Assembly: GCA_023429135.1 (NCBI GenBank) | Contig: JAEYWD010000057.1 | Location: forward strand, 81,261 to 145,260 | Direction: 5' to 3' | Length of the DNA stretch: 64,000 nucleotides | DNA from: Bacteroidota bacterium | GTDB taxonomy: Bacteria > Bacteroidota > Bacteroidia > Bacteroidales > JAAUTT01 | Position numbers and translations under genes: made by a program | The notes under the pieces: model-generated | Database searches by the model: none | The model's input: only the letters and a program-made list of their open reading frames with translations | What the model was told of the DNA's origin: nothing | Part shown: piece by piece, positions 8,610 to 17,733 of the stretch | How the letters are laid out: the number at the start of each line of letters is the position of its first letter | Position numbering within the stretch: the stretch's first letter is position 1

Positions 8610-10181
8610 ATGTATAACAGAGGTTTGTTTCACAATTGGGTACCAAAGATTGTCATGCTTCTTCTTATTGTGGTTTTGGTGCTGGTATATTTGCTTATAG
8701 GCCCCATCTACAACGGGAACATGGGGCTAATGGCCAGCAGTTCAGGGATCATTTCCGAATATTTTGTCTGGGCAAGTTTTGCTTCATCAATCGGAATGGG
8801 TGTGGCACTGCCACTGGTGATGCGTGTTAAAATGCGTTTCAGGTCGAAAGAAATCATGATAACCACACTTGTGCTGATGGCTTTGTTTTCGGTGATCATT
8901 GGAACCACCGACTCACCTCAGGTATTTGTGGCAACGTCCTTCTTCTTTGGGTTTATAAAAATGTTTGGCATGCTCGAAATAGTCTTGCCGGTGATGTTTA
9001 TTATAAGCCCTAAAGGAGTAAAAGCACAGTTTTATTCCACTTTCTATCCGCTGGCCATCATCCTCGGTCAGCTCGGAAGTTTCTTCGCCACCAAAATATC
9101 CTACATAAGCAGTTGGCAAATGGCACATTTCTACAGTGCAGCCATACTTCTAACAACAGCCTTGCTGTGTATTATATTTATGCACAACCTCCGGTTTGCC
9201 CGCAAAATGCCTCTTCATTATATCGACTGGGTGAGCGCATTGCTCTTTGGCGGGTCTATGATGACGATGGCTTTTGTTCTTTCTTTCGGAAAACAACAGG
9301 ACTGGTTTATTTCGCCCACAATTGGGTATGCAACCGTTGGTTCTATTCTAATGCTTGTACTGCTGGTAATCCGCTCGTTTTACCTAAAAAGACCATACCT
9401 CTCCTTTAAACTATTCCGCATAAAAGATGTACGTTTTGGCGTTCTGCTCATTGCCGGTCAGGGTTTGTTTATGGGTGCAGCTACTGTACAGTCCATCTAT
9501 ACCAATGCAATCCTGGGATACAATTGGGTAACCAATTCCTCTTTGAGCTTAATGACAATGCCCGGAATGATAGTGGCAGGTTTTGTAAGTCATCACTGGA
9601 CTAAAAACAACCTTCCAATAAAAATGTATATTTTTTCAGGATTTGCTGCCTATTTACTCTACGTGGTAATGCTCTATTTTATGATGGTGCCCGAATTAAA
9701 TATCGAACGGTGGTATTTGCCTCAGATGCTGAACGGATATGCCATGTGCTCGCTGTTTATCTCAGTGTGGTATTATATGCTGATGAAAGTTCCCCAAAAA
9801 GATATGCTGATTTCGGTAGGCAGCCTCATGGTGTTCCGCAGCTTTTTTTCCATGTCTTTTTTCAGCGCCTTGTTTGGCTGGCTCCAATACCGTTTGCAGT
9901 GGCAGAGTGTTAATAACCTGGCATTCTATTTCGATGGTGTTATGATGAGCAGCAATCCCGGTGCCGGAAACTTCCGTGATGTTCAGCTAAGCGCCGTACT
10001 GTCAGCCAATAAAACCTTACTGGGATACATTGTCATTGCAGGATTGGCCTTTTTAACAGTAATTCTTTTTCATCAGTTTGGCAGATCAAAATATAAAGTA
10101 GCAAAGTATCGCATAAGGAGCCAAAGAGCAGGTAAAATTATTAATGAAGAAGTTGAAGGAGTGGCCGGTGTTGTGGGATGA
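8610..10181 (+). CDS. Multidrug-type MFS transporter (EmrB/DHA2-like, about 14 TM)
   Basis: 523-aa, highly hydrophobic ORF immediately downstream of the HlyD gene. The call rests mainly on context and topology. Confidence 0.7.
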   Translation: MYNRGLFHNWVPKIVMLLLIVVLVLVYLLIGPIYNGNMGLMASSSGIISEYFVWASFASSIGMGVALPLVMRVKMRFRSKEIMITTLVLMALFSVIIGTTDSPQVFVATSFFFGFIKMFGMLEIVLPVMFIISPKGVKAQFYSTFYPLAIILGQLGSFFATKISYISSWQMAHFYSAAILLTTALLCIIFMHNLRFARKMPLHYIDWVSALLFGGSMMTMAFVLSFGKQQDWFISPTIGYATVGSILMLVLLVIRSFYLKRPYLSFKLFRIKDVRFGVLLIAGQGLFMGAATVQSIYTNAILGYNWVTNSSLSLMTMPGMIVAGFVSHHWTKNNLPIKMYIFSGFAAYLLYVVMLYFMMVPELNIERWYLPQMLNGYAMCSLFISVWYYMLMKVPQKDMLISVGSLMVFRSFFSMSFFSALFGWLQYRLQWQSVNNLAFYFDGVMMSSNPGAGNFRDVQLSAVLSANKTLLGYIVIAGLAFLTVILFHQFGRSKYKVAKYRIRSQRAGKIINEEVEGVAGVVG

Positions 10182-10247
10182 AATTATATAATATAAGCTG
10201 TTAAAATTTAATAATCATCAACAACATAATCGAAAATTTAATTCTGA

Positions 10248-10278
10248 GCCCGACTCTAAATTCTTTAAGTTGGGCTTT
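10248..10278 (+). terminator. Putative intrinsic terminator of the efflux operon
   Basis: GCCCGACT / AGTTGGGC stem (8 bp, one G-T pair) followed by TTT. Confidence 0.4.
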
Positions 10279-10295
10279 ATATTTACTACATATGC

Positions 10296-10550
10296 ACAGA
10301 CAAAGGCGTAGCATTTACAAAACTAGCTCACTGATATAATCGTGTAGAACAAGCAGGGTTCGAATCCTTCAAAGCCGTGGCCCGATCCATAGAAGCTCAC
10401 TACAAAAACATCCTGAATTATTTTGACAACAGAAGCACAAATGCCTCAGCAGAATCTTTCAATGCTAAAATAAAATCTTTTAGAGCCTGCTTTAGGGGTG
10501 TTGGAAATATCAGCTTCTTTCTTTTCAGACTAGCAAACATCTATGCTTGA
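10296..10550 (+). mobile_element. ISL3-family transposase C-terminal remnant (non-functional)
   Basis: My frame translation gives ...KGVAFTKLAH*YNRVEQAGFESFKAVARSIEAHYKNILNYFDNRSTNASAESFNAKIKSFRACFRGVGNISFFLFRLANIYA*. The NYFxNRxTNAxAExxNxKIKxFRxxxRG...FRL tail is the conserved ISL3 transposase C-terminus. There is an in-frame TGA at 10332-10334 where a Trp is expected, and about the first 300 codons are absent. The 5' boundary is uncertain. Confidence 0.7.
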
Positions 10551-10621
10551 TCACTCCCCAGAAATTCCGACTGATCCCCGTTTTACCGGATCCCCAATCT
10601 TTGTAATTTTGAAATCCAATT

Positions 10622-10662
10622 ATAAAATAAAAAACCGTCTCAAAATTTCTTCTGAAACGGTT
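10622..10662 (-). terminator. Intrinsic terminator downstream of tRNA-Val
   Basis: On the minus strand, AACCGTTTC...GAGACGGTT forms a 9-bp stem (one G-U pair) followed by TTTTTTATTTTAT. Confidence 0.5.
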
Positions 10663-10716
10663 CCATTTTTCCAACCATGTTCAAACTGCATTTTATTCAA
10701 ACCGTCTGAAACCTTG

Positions 10717-10791
10717 TGGGAGCAACAGGATTCGAACCTGTGACCCTCTGCTTGTAAGGCAGATGCTCTGAACCAGCTGAGCTATGCTCCC
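10717..10791 (-). tRNA. tRNA-Val (anticodon TAC)
   Basis: The reverse complement folds as a canonical cloverleaf: GGGAGCA-TA-GCTC-AGCTGGTTCA-GAGC-A-TCTGC-CTTACAA-GCAGA-GGGTC-ACAGG-TTCGAAT-CCTGT-TGCTCCC-A. CCA is not encoded. Confidence 0.95.
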
Positions 10792-10845
10792 TTTTTGTTT
10801 ACTCTTGAAGCTTTATTGCCGTAGCGTTTTCTTACAAAAGCGGTG

Positions 10846-10876
10846 CAAAGATAACAGCGTTTTTCTTTTCTGCAAA
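10846..10876 (-). promoter_or_regulatory. Bacteroidota-type promoter for tRNA-Val
   Basis: The minus strand reads TTTG (10876-10873), a 19-nt spacer, then TATCTTTG (10853-10846). This matches the -33 TTTG / -7 TAnnTTTG consensus about 55 nt upstream of the mature tRNA 5' end. Confidence 0.4.
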
Positions 10877-10894
10877 AATTAATTCAAAAAAATC

Positions 10895-12202
10895 TTAAAA
10901 TTTTCTTTCGAAAACCAATGCATCGGCTACAACAAAGGTACTACCTCCTATAAAAATCAAATCGTTAGCCGTCGCATTTTTTTTTGCATTTTTTATTGCA
11001 TCGGCAACTGAAGAAAAACAATTCCCTCTTAAACCTGCTGCAGAAGCTTTTTGCTCCAGTTCTTTTTCATCGAGCGCACGTGGTATACTTGCTCTTGTAA
11101 AGTAATAAACAGCTTCCTTAGGCAATAAAGGCAGTATATTGGAAACATCCTTATCGTTCACAACTCCGAATACAAAATGTAACTGTTCGAATTTTATCTG
11201 CTCAATCTGCTTCACCACCCAACTAATTCCATCCTGATTATGCCCGGTATCGCAGATTGTAAGGGGTTGAGACGACAATACCTGCCAACGGCCCATCAAT
11301 CCGGTAGTTTGTGAAACTTGCCTCAGACCCTCTGAAAGACTGCTGGTAAGATCATATCCCTGGTCGGTTAACAAGTCGACAGCAGCAAGCACGGTAGAAA
11401 TATTTTTCTGTTGATAAATTCCCTGCAAATCGAGACTATGCAACACCTCCGAGTTATTCTTTTTAACCCGCAACTTCTGAATTCCAGGTTCATCACTTTT
11501 AACCGGAACCGAGGAATAGACCTTATCGGCAAAGCTAATCTCACTGTTGTTCTCACGAGCCTTATTTTCAAATACCTGTTGGGTTTCAATATGGGATTCT
11601 CCAATTACAACAGGTACCCCGGATTTGATAATTCCGGCCTTTTCACGGGCAATTTTTTCAAGCGTATCGCCCAGTAAATCGGTATGATCATATCCTATAT
11701 TGGTAATAATCGAAAGTTCGGGCTTGATTATGTTTGTTGAATCGAGCCTCCCTCCCAGCCCGGTTTCAATTACAGCAATATCCACATTTGCATCGGCAAA
11801 ATAATTAAATGCCATAGCCGATGTCATTTCGAAAAATGAAGGTTTGAGGATCTCAAACTGTTGTTTATGTTTATCTACAAAGTCAATAACCGCCTCCTCC
11901 GTAATCATTTGTCCGTTCACCCTGATACGTTCACGAAAATCGACGAGGTGAGGCGAAGTGAATAGTCCTGTTTTATAACCGGCATTCTGAAAAACAGATG
12001 CCAGCATGTGCGAAACAGATCCTTTTCCGTTTGTTCCGGCAACGTGAATTGTCTTGTATTTTCGATGCGGAAAATCGCACAGTTTATCCAAAGCCATCGC
12101 ATTGTCGAGATTTGCTTTGTAAGCCGCTTTCCCAATCCGGTGGAACATTGGCAACTGGCTGTACATATAGTCAAGCGTTGCTTTGTAATCCATCCTCACC
12201 AT
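10895..12202 (-). CDS. folC: Bifunctional folylpolyglutamate synthase / dihydrofolate synthase
   Basis: 435-aa ORF with a Mur-ligase-type P-loop (HVAGTNGKGS) and FolC-typical blocks (TSPHLVDFRERI, IETGLGGRLDSTN). The alternative ATG at 12193 (MDYKATLDYMY) is at least as likely to be the start. Confidence 0.9.
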   Translation of the reverse strand: MVRMDYKATLDYMYSQLPMFHRIGKAAYKANLDNAMALDKLCDFPHRKYKTIHVAGTNGKGSVSHMLASVFQNAGYKTGLFTSPHLVDFRERIRVNGQMITEEAVIDFVDKHKQQFEILKPSFFEMTSAMAFNYFADANVDIAVIETGLGGRLDSTNIIKPELSIITNIGYDHTDLLGDTLEKIAREKAGIIKSGVPVVIGESHIETQQVFENKARENNSEISFADKVYSSVPVKSDEPGIQKLRVKKNNSEVLHSLDLQGIYQQKNISTVLAAVDLLTDQGYDLTSSLSEGLRQVSQTTGLMGRWQVLSSQPLTICDTGHNQDGISWVVKQIEQIKFEQLHFVFGVVNDKDVSNILPLLPKEAVYYFTRASIPRALDEKELEQKASAAGLRGNCFSSVADAIKNAKKNATANDLIFIGGSTFVVADALVFERKF

Positions 12203-12714
12203 TTATTTATATGTATTCTATCGGGTTTAAATCTGTCGGGAATCCTTGGAGCTTCTACATGGTGTCCGACAGAAATTAATGAAAACGGATGTATTTGATC
12301 AGGCAGATTCATCAGCTTCGTCATGGCCACAATTCTTTCCTCGCGCGGATAAATACCCAGCCAAACAGCTCCTAACCCTTTGCCATGTGCCGCTAATAAA
12401 AAGTTCTGGGTGGCTGCTGAACAATCTACAGGCCAGTATGCAGGCGTGTGAGCAAGCGAGTCGTCGCCGCAAATAAGCACCGCGGCCGCGGCATTGGCAA
12501 GCATTCCGGCGTGTGGATGAAACTGCATAATTGCATTAAGAACTTCTCTGTCGTTGATTACTACAAAATGCCATGGTTGCTTATTTACTGCAGAGGGTGC
12601 ATACATGGCATATTTAATAAGTTCCGTTATTTCTTCGGTTGTTATTGGTTTATCAATGTATTTCCGAATGCTGCGTCGTGATAATATTGCATCAAGTACG
12701 TTCATAATTCTCAA
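12196..12714 (-). CDS. Nitroreductase family protein
   Basis: 172-aa ORF with the RRSIRKY...APSAVNKQPWHFVV signature. Confidence 0.85.
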   Translation of the reverse strand: MRIMNVLDAILSRRSIRKYIDKPITTEEITELIKYAMYAPSAVNKQPWHFVVINDREVLNAIMQFHPHAGMLANAAAAVLICGDDSLAHTPAYWPVDCSAATQNFLLAAHGKGLGAVWLGIYPREERIVAMTKLMNLPDQIHPFSLISVGHHVEAPRIPDRFKPDRIHINKW

Positions 12715-12797
12715 ATTCTGTTAAAAAAAATAATACACAATCTGCCTGCAAATTTTGTTATATTTAGTCAGTTAAAAAACCCTTATCTCTCGAAAAT

Positions 12798-14126
12798 ATG
12801 AGCCGTACTAAAAAAATATTTGTTCTCGACACCAACGTTCTTCTGCACGATCACATGTGCATTTATAATTTCCAGGAAAACAATGTAGTAATTCCCATTA
12901 CCGTGCTCGAAGAACTCGATAAATTAAAAAAAGGAAACGATCAGATAAACTATAACGCCCGTGAATTCACGCGTGAACTCGACAAACTTTCGGGCGACCA
13001 TCTGTTTAATGGCGGAGTTGCCCTGGGAAAAAGATTAGGCAAGTTAACTATCGAAACAGGTAAACCCTTTTCAAAAGAAATTTCAGAGTCATTCCCAGAA
13101 AACACCCCTGATCACCGGATTCTGGCAATAGCTGAATACGTTAAAACTAAGAATCCAGGCCTTCAGGTAGCCCTCATTTCGAAGGATATAAACCTGCGCA
13201 TGAAAGCCAAATCCATTGGCATAATGGCACAGGACTACGAAAACGACAAGGTTCACAATATAGACGATCTCAACAAAAACATAATCACCATCGACAGTAT
13301 AAGCAGTGAACAGATTGCGCGTCTGTACGAGAAAATTGAAGGTGTACCGGTAGAGGAATTTAAATTGAATCCCGAGCCTAAAGGACATCAGTATTTTATT
13401 CTGAAAGGTGATAAATCGAGCGCTCTGGCCCACTACGATCCTGTAAAAAAAGTTTTTGTGCGGGTGGAAAAACAACGTACCTACGGTATAGAACCCCGCA
13501 ATGCAGAACAAACATTCTCTCTTGATGCACTTCTTCGCCCGGATATTCCCCTTGTGGCATTAACAGGAAAAGCCGGAACCGGAAAAACACTTTTGGCTCT
13601 GGCAGCAGCTATCCAACAGTCGAAAATGTATTCACAGATATTATTAGCCCGGCCAATTGTTCCGCTGGCCAACCGCGACTTAGGTTTTCTTCCCGGTGAT
13701 GTTAAGGAAAAAATTGAACCTTACATGACTCCTTTGTTTGACAATTTAACTGTTATCAAAAACAAGTTCAAAACCACCAGCGAGGAGTTTAAGCATATTG
13801 AAGAGATGCAGAAGGCCGATAAACTCGTGATTACACCTCTGGCTTACATCCGTGGTCGCAGCCTTTCAAACGTCTTTTTTATTGTAGACGAGGCACAGAA
13901 TTTAACTCCGCATGAAATAAAAACCATTATTACACGTGCCGGCGAAGGAACAAAAATGGTGTTCACCGGAGACATCCAGCAAATAGATTCCCCTTATCTG
14001 GATACCGAATCGAACGGTTTATCGTATATGGCCGATAAAATGAGAGGACAGGATATTTTTGCACATGTAAACCTTGTTAAAGGCGAACGCAGCTATTTGG
14101 CTGAGCTGGCCAGTAATTTGTTGTAA
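12798..14126 (+). CDS. PhoH2-type protein (N-terminal PIN nuclease domain fused to a PhoH-like ATPase)
   Basis: 442-aa ORF. It has a PIN start (FVLDTNVLLHD...PITVLEELD), Walker A (GKAGTGKT), Walker B (FFIVDEAQNLT) and a GDIQQID motif. Confidence 0.85.
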   Translation: MSRTKKIFVLDTNVLLHDHMCIYNFQENNVVIPITVLEELDKLKKGNDQINYNAREFTRELDKLSGDHLFNGGVALGKRLGKLTIETGKPFSKEISESFPENTPDHRILAIAEYVKTKNPGLQVALISKDINLRMKAKSIGIMAQDYENDKVHNIDDLNKNIITIDSISSEQIARLYEKIEGVPVEEFKLNPEPKGHQYFILKGDKSSALAHYDPVKKVFVRVEKQRTYGIEPRNAEQTFSLDALLRPDIPLVALTGKAGTGKTLLALAAAIQQSKMYSQILLARPIVPLANRDLGFLPGDVKEKIEPYMTPLFDNLTVIKNKFKTTSEEFKHIEEMQKADKLVITPLAYIRGRSLSNVFFIVDEAQNLTPHEIKTIITRAGEGTKMVFTGDIQQIDSPYLDTESNGLSYMADKMRGQDIFAHVNLVKGERSYLAELASNLL

Positions 14127-14173
14127 TTATCGGGTAAATTTGTAACTTTCCCGAATTTATCAGATATCTTCAA

Positions 14174-14686
14174 ATGAGTATAAAAACACTGGTAATTGCC
14201 CGGCACGCTAAGTCGAGCTGGGATTATGATGCTGTTGATGATATAGACCGTCCTTTAAAAGAGTCAGGAATACGGAATGCTTATCTTGTTGCCGAAACGC
14301 TTAAAAAGAAAAAAGTTTCCTTTGATACCATCTATTCAAGTCCTGCAAACAGGGCAATCCACACGTCCATCATATTTGCACGTGTTCTGGAAGTACCGGC
14401 CCAGAAAATTGAAATAAACGAACAACTTTATAGCGAATCGGACTCGGATGTAATCCAATTTCTGAAAAACATCCCGGAGAATATTACAAAAGTATTGCTT
14501 GTTGGCCATAACCCTACATTCACCGATCTGGCTAACAGATTTCTAAAGCAAAGAATTTCAAATTTACCCACTGCCGGGGCCGTTTTGCTGGAACTTGAAT
14601 GCGACACATGGAACCATATTGGCCCGGTGTCGGTTGTTAGAGATAGCCTGTTTTTCCCCAAGAAAATAGGAGATTCGAACGATTGA
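14174..14686 (+). CDS. SixA-like histidine phosphatase (phosphohistidine phosphatase family)
   Basis: 170-aa ORF with an RHAKS catalytic start, RPL..G, SPANRAIHT and VGHNP motifs as in the SixA branch of the histidine phosphatase superfamily. Confidence 0.75.
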   Translation: MSIKTLVIARHAKSSWDYDAVDDIDRPLKESGIRNAYLVAETLKKKKVSFDTIYSSPANRAIHTSIIFARVLEVPAQKIEINEQLYSESDSDVIQFLKNIPENITKVLLVGHNPTFTDLANRFLKQRISNLPTAGAVLLELECDTWNHIGPVSVVRDSLFFPKKIGDSND

Positions 14687-14717
14687 AACGAATACTGTGA
14701 AGAATTAACTCAGACGT

Positions 14718-16775
14718 ATGCAGAAACAGATTATAAACAGAGAACTAAGCTGGCTGTCGTTTAACGAAAGGGTCTTACAGGAAGCCGGCGATAAAACAAC
14801 TCCTTTGATTGAAAGGTTGAAGTTTTTGGGCATTTTCTCTAATAACCTCGACGAATTTTTTAAAGTGCGGGTTGCTACTATCAAACGTATTGTCGATCTC
14901 AAGGTTGACTCCAAAGCAACCTTAGGCGAGAAACCTAAAAAGCTGCTGCAACAAATTCAGGAAAGAGTTTTGCAGCTTCAGCAAAACTCACAATCGATTT
15001 TCAAAGCAATATTGAATGAGTTAGCGAAAGAAAATATTTATATCATTAACGAAACTCAGCTTAACGAGGTCCAGACAGAATTTGTAAAACACTACTTCGA
15101 AGACAAAGTTTTACCGGCCCTTGCCCCCATTATGCTTGGTAATCTCAATAATATTCCTTTCCTTAAGGATAAATCCATTTACCTGGCTACAAAGCTCTTC
15201 AACCCTAAGGTGCGGGAAGAAGTTAAATATGCGTTGGTTGAAATTCCTACTGCCGTCATACCCCGTTTTCTGGTACTCCCAAGCAACGGACAGAAAAAAT
15301 GTGTTATTCTCCTAGACGACGTAATTCGGTTCAACCTGAAAGATGTTTTTGCGATTTTTCCTTATACTCACTACGAGGCATATACTATAAAGCTCACCCG
15401 AGACGCCGAACTTGATATAGACAACGATGTAACCAAGAGCTTTCTTGAAAAAGTGTCAAAAGGGGTTTCGGGACGAAAAAAAGGGCAGCCGGTAAGGTTT
15501 GTTTATGATGAGACCATGCCTAAACTGATGCTCAAATACCTGACTGATATGCTGGATCTTGATCAATCCGACAGCTTAATTCCAGGGGCCAGGTATCACA
15601 ACTTTAAAGATTTTATGAGTTTCCCCAATATTGGCGGAAGTCATTTGGAATACGAACCTACTCCAGCCGTTTCGCATCCTGAGATAATTAACGAACCTAG
15701 CATTTTAAGAAGGGTAATGACTAAGGATCTGATGCTTCATTATCCTTACCAAAAATTCTCTCATTTTATTAATTTATTACGCGAAGCAGCCATCGACCCT
15801 AAAGTTGTCTCAATTAAGGTGACAATTTACCGGGCTGCCGCTAACTCAAAAGTTATTAATGCCTTAATAAATGCGGCCCGTAATGGTAAAAATGTGGTGG
15901 TTGTGATAGAGCTACAGGCACGTTTCGATGAAAAAGCAAACATTTACTGGTCGCGCAAACTCGAAGAGGCAGGCGCCAAAGTATTATTTGGAATTCCGGG
16001 ATTGAAGATTCATAGCAAACTCACCTTGATTACCAGCATCATAAACAATAAGAAAGTAAACATCGGATGCATCAGTACCGGAAACTTCCACGAGGGTAAC
16101 GGAAGTGTTTACACCGATGTAGCACTTATTTCGTCGGACAAACGCATAGCTAATGAAGTGGAGAAGCTGTTCGATTATTTTGAAAACACTTATAAGTTTT
16201 ACAATTACAACCATTTACTTGTTTCTCCCCATTTTATGCGCCGCAAACTTGTAGCTTTGATTGACAACGAAATAAAAAATGCAAAAGCTGGCAAAGAGGC
16301 ATATATTATTCTGAAAATTAATAACCTGGTAGATCCTGATATGATTAAAAAACTCTATCAGGCAAACTGCCATGGAGTTAAAATAAAACTGATTGTACGA
16401 GGAATATGCTCGCTTATTCCAGGCATTCCCGGCTTAAGCGAAAATATCGAAGCAATAAGTATAGTTGACAAATTCCTTGAGCATGCCCGAATTTTCATTT
16501 TCTGCAATAACAACCAGGAGAAGTTTTACATTTCGTCGGCCGACTGGATGACCCGGAACCTCGATACGCGTGTTGAAGTAGCAAGTCCCATCTATGATCC
16601 TGAGCTGCAAAAAGAACTCAAGCATATTATAGAAATGGCCTTAAACGATAATGTTAAGGCACGCATTATAGACCTGAATCATACAAATGCTTACAGGCGA
16701 AACGATATAAAAACTCCAATACGCTCACAGTTCGAGATTTATAAGTATTACAAATCACTTATAGCAAAGAAATAA
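14718..16775 (+). CDS. ppk: Polyphosphate kinase 1
   Basis: 685-aa ORF with an N-terminal INRELSWLSFNERVLQEA block and two PLD-like HKD-type C-terminal domains (KIHSKLTLI ..., HARIFIF). Confidence 0.95.
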   Translation: MQKQIINRELSWLSFNERVLQEAGDKTTPLIERLKFLGIFSNNLDEFFKVRVATIKRIVDLKVDSKATLGEKPKKLLQQIQERVLQLQQNSQSIFKAILNELAKENIYIINETQLNEVQTEFVKHYFEDKVLPALAPIMLGNLNNIPFLKDKSIYLATKLFNPKVREEVKYALVEIPTAVIPRFLVLPSNGQKKCVILLDDVIRFNLKDVFAIFPYTHYEAYTIKLTRDAELDIDNDVTKSFLEKVSKGVSGRKKGQPVRFVYDETMPKLMLKYLTDMLDLDQSDSLIPGARYHNFKDFMSFPNIGGSHLEYEPTPAVSHPEIINEPSILRRVMTKDLMLHYPYQKFSHFINLLREAAIDPKVVSIKVTIYRAAANSKVINALINAARNGKNVVVVIELQARFDEKANIYWSRKLEEAGAKVLFGIPGLKIHSKLTLITSIINNKKVNIGCISTGNFHEGNGSVYTDVALISSDKRIANEVEKLFDYFENTYKFYNYNHLLVSPHFMRRKLVALIDNEIKNAKAGKEAYIILKINNLVDPDMIKKLYQANCHGVKIKLIVRGICSLIPGIPGLSENIEAISIVDKFLEHARIFIFCNNNQEKFYISSADWMTRNLDTRVEVASPIYDPELQKELKHIIEMALNDNVKARIIDLNHTNAYRRNDIKTPIRSQFEIYKYYKSLIAKK

Positions 16776-16935
16776 TTTTCTTAATTGATGATAATATTAG
16801 AGGAAATTTCACGAGAGGAATTATTTTTGTCCACTTTTTTGAAGCTAGAAGGAAACATCCATGTTTAGCAAGTTCGGCTTAAACTGCAGTAATTACACCG
16901 GATGTTCCATCTGACCTAAAAATAAAAATAAACAG

Positions 16936-17733
16936 ATGAATTATCAGAATATTTGCGAAAAGGCAATTGCAGTTGTAAAGGAAGTGGGGGATTTTATTCT
17001 ATCCGAATCATCAAAATTCTCACTAAAAGATGTGGAAACCAAAAGCCTCAACAGTTTTGTAACTTATGTGGATAAAAACGCTGAGGAGAAACTCGTAAAA
17101 GGATTAAGTGAAATTATTCCCGACTCGGGCTTTATAACCGAAGAAGAAACCATTCAGAAAAAAGGAGATGAATTCAACTGGATTATCGATCCGCTCGACG
17201 GCACAACTAACTTTATCCATAAGGTGCCTGTTTTTTCAATCAGTGTGGCTCTAACCCAGAATAACGAAACCGTTGTGGGAATTGTTCTCGAACTTAATCG
17301 TAACGAATGTTTCAGTAGCTTTAAAGGAGGAAAAGTTTACCTTAATGACCAGGTAATTAAAGTATCAGAAGCTGCAACAATTAAAGATTCACTTGTTGCA
17401 ACCGGGTTTCCTTACTATGATTTCGCGATATTAAAGCAATATATGTTGCTCATCGAAGAGCTTGCAAAGCAATCACAGGGCATCCGCCGGTTAGGATCGG
17501 CCGCTGTCGACCTGGCTTATGTTGCATGTGGACGCTTCGATATTTTCTTTGAACACAGCCTTAATCCGTGGGATGTAGCCGCAGGAGCTTTTCTGGTAAC
17601 CCAGGCAGGAGGCGTTGTAACCGATTTTGCAGGAGGCAATAACTTTCTTTTTGGCCGGGAAATAATAGCCTGTCCTCCTCCTGTCTACAGAGAATTTCAA
17701 GAGTTAGTAAATTCAAAAATCAAAAAAGGATGA
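16936..17733 (+). CDS. suhB: Inositol monophosphatase family protein
   Basis: 265-aa ORF with the metal-binding motifs WIIDPLDGTTNF and WDVAAG. Confidence 0.85.
   Translation: MNYQNICEKAIAVVKEVGDFILSESSKFSLKDVETKSLNSFVTYVDKNAEEKLVKGLSEIIPDSGFITEEETIQKKGDEFNWIIDPLDGTTNFIHKVPVFSISVALTQNNETVVGIVLELNRNECFSSFKGGKVYLNDQVIKVSEAATIKDSLVATGFPYYDFAILKQYMLLIEELAKQSQGIRRLGSAAVDLAYVACGRFDIFFEHSLNPWDVAAGAFLVTQAGGVVTDFAGGNNFLFGREIIACPPPVYREFQELVNSKIKKG

Noticed and set aside
10357-10368. 12-nt match, GGTTCGAATCCT, to the T-loop region of the nearby tRNA-Val: a possible att-site duplication marking a tRNA-integrated island
   Set aside because: - It is in the opposite orientation to the tRNA, so it is not a direct repeat.
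- The match stops after 12 nt.
- It lies inside the transposase remnant, where it simply encodes the GFES residues.
10543-10743. 66-aa track ORF
   Set aside because: It overlaps the tRNA-Val gene and its terminator, and its translation is low-complexity. It is spurious.
16861-16914. 17-codon mini-ORF MFSKFGLNCSNYTGCSI, preceded by AGGAA, in the ppk-suhB intergenic region
   Set aside because: It is too short to evaluate. Bacteroidota rarely use Shine-Dalgarno sequences. There is no adjacent modification or export gene that would suggest a peptide natural product.
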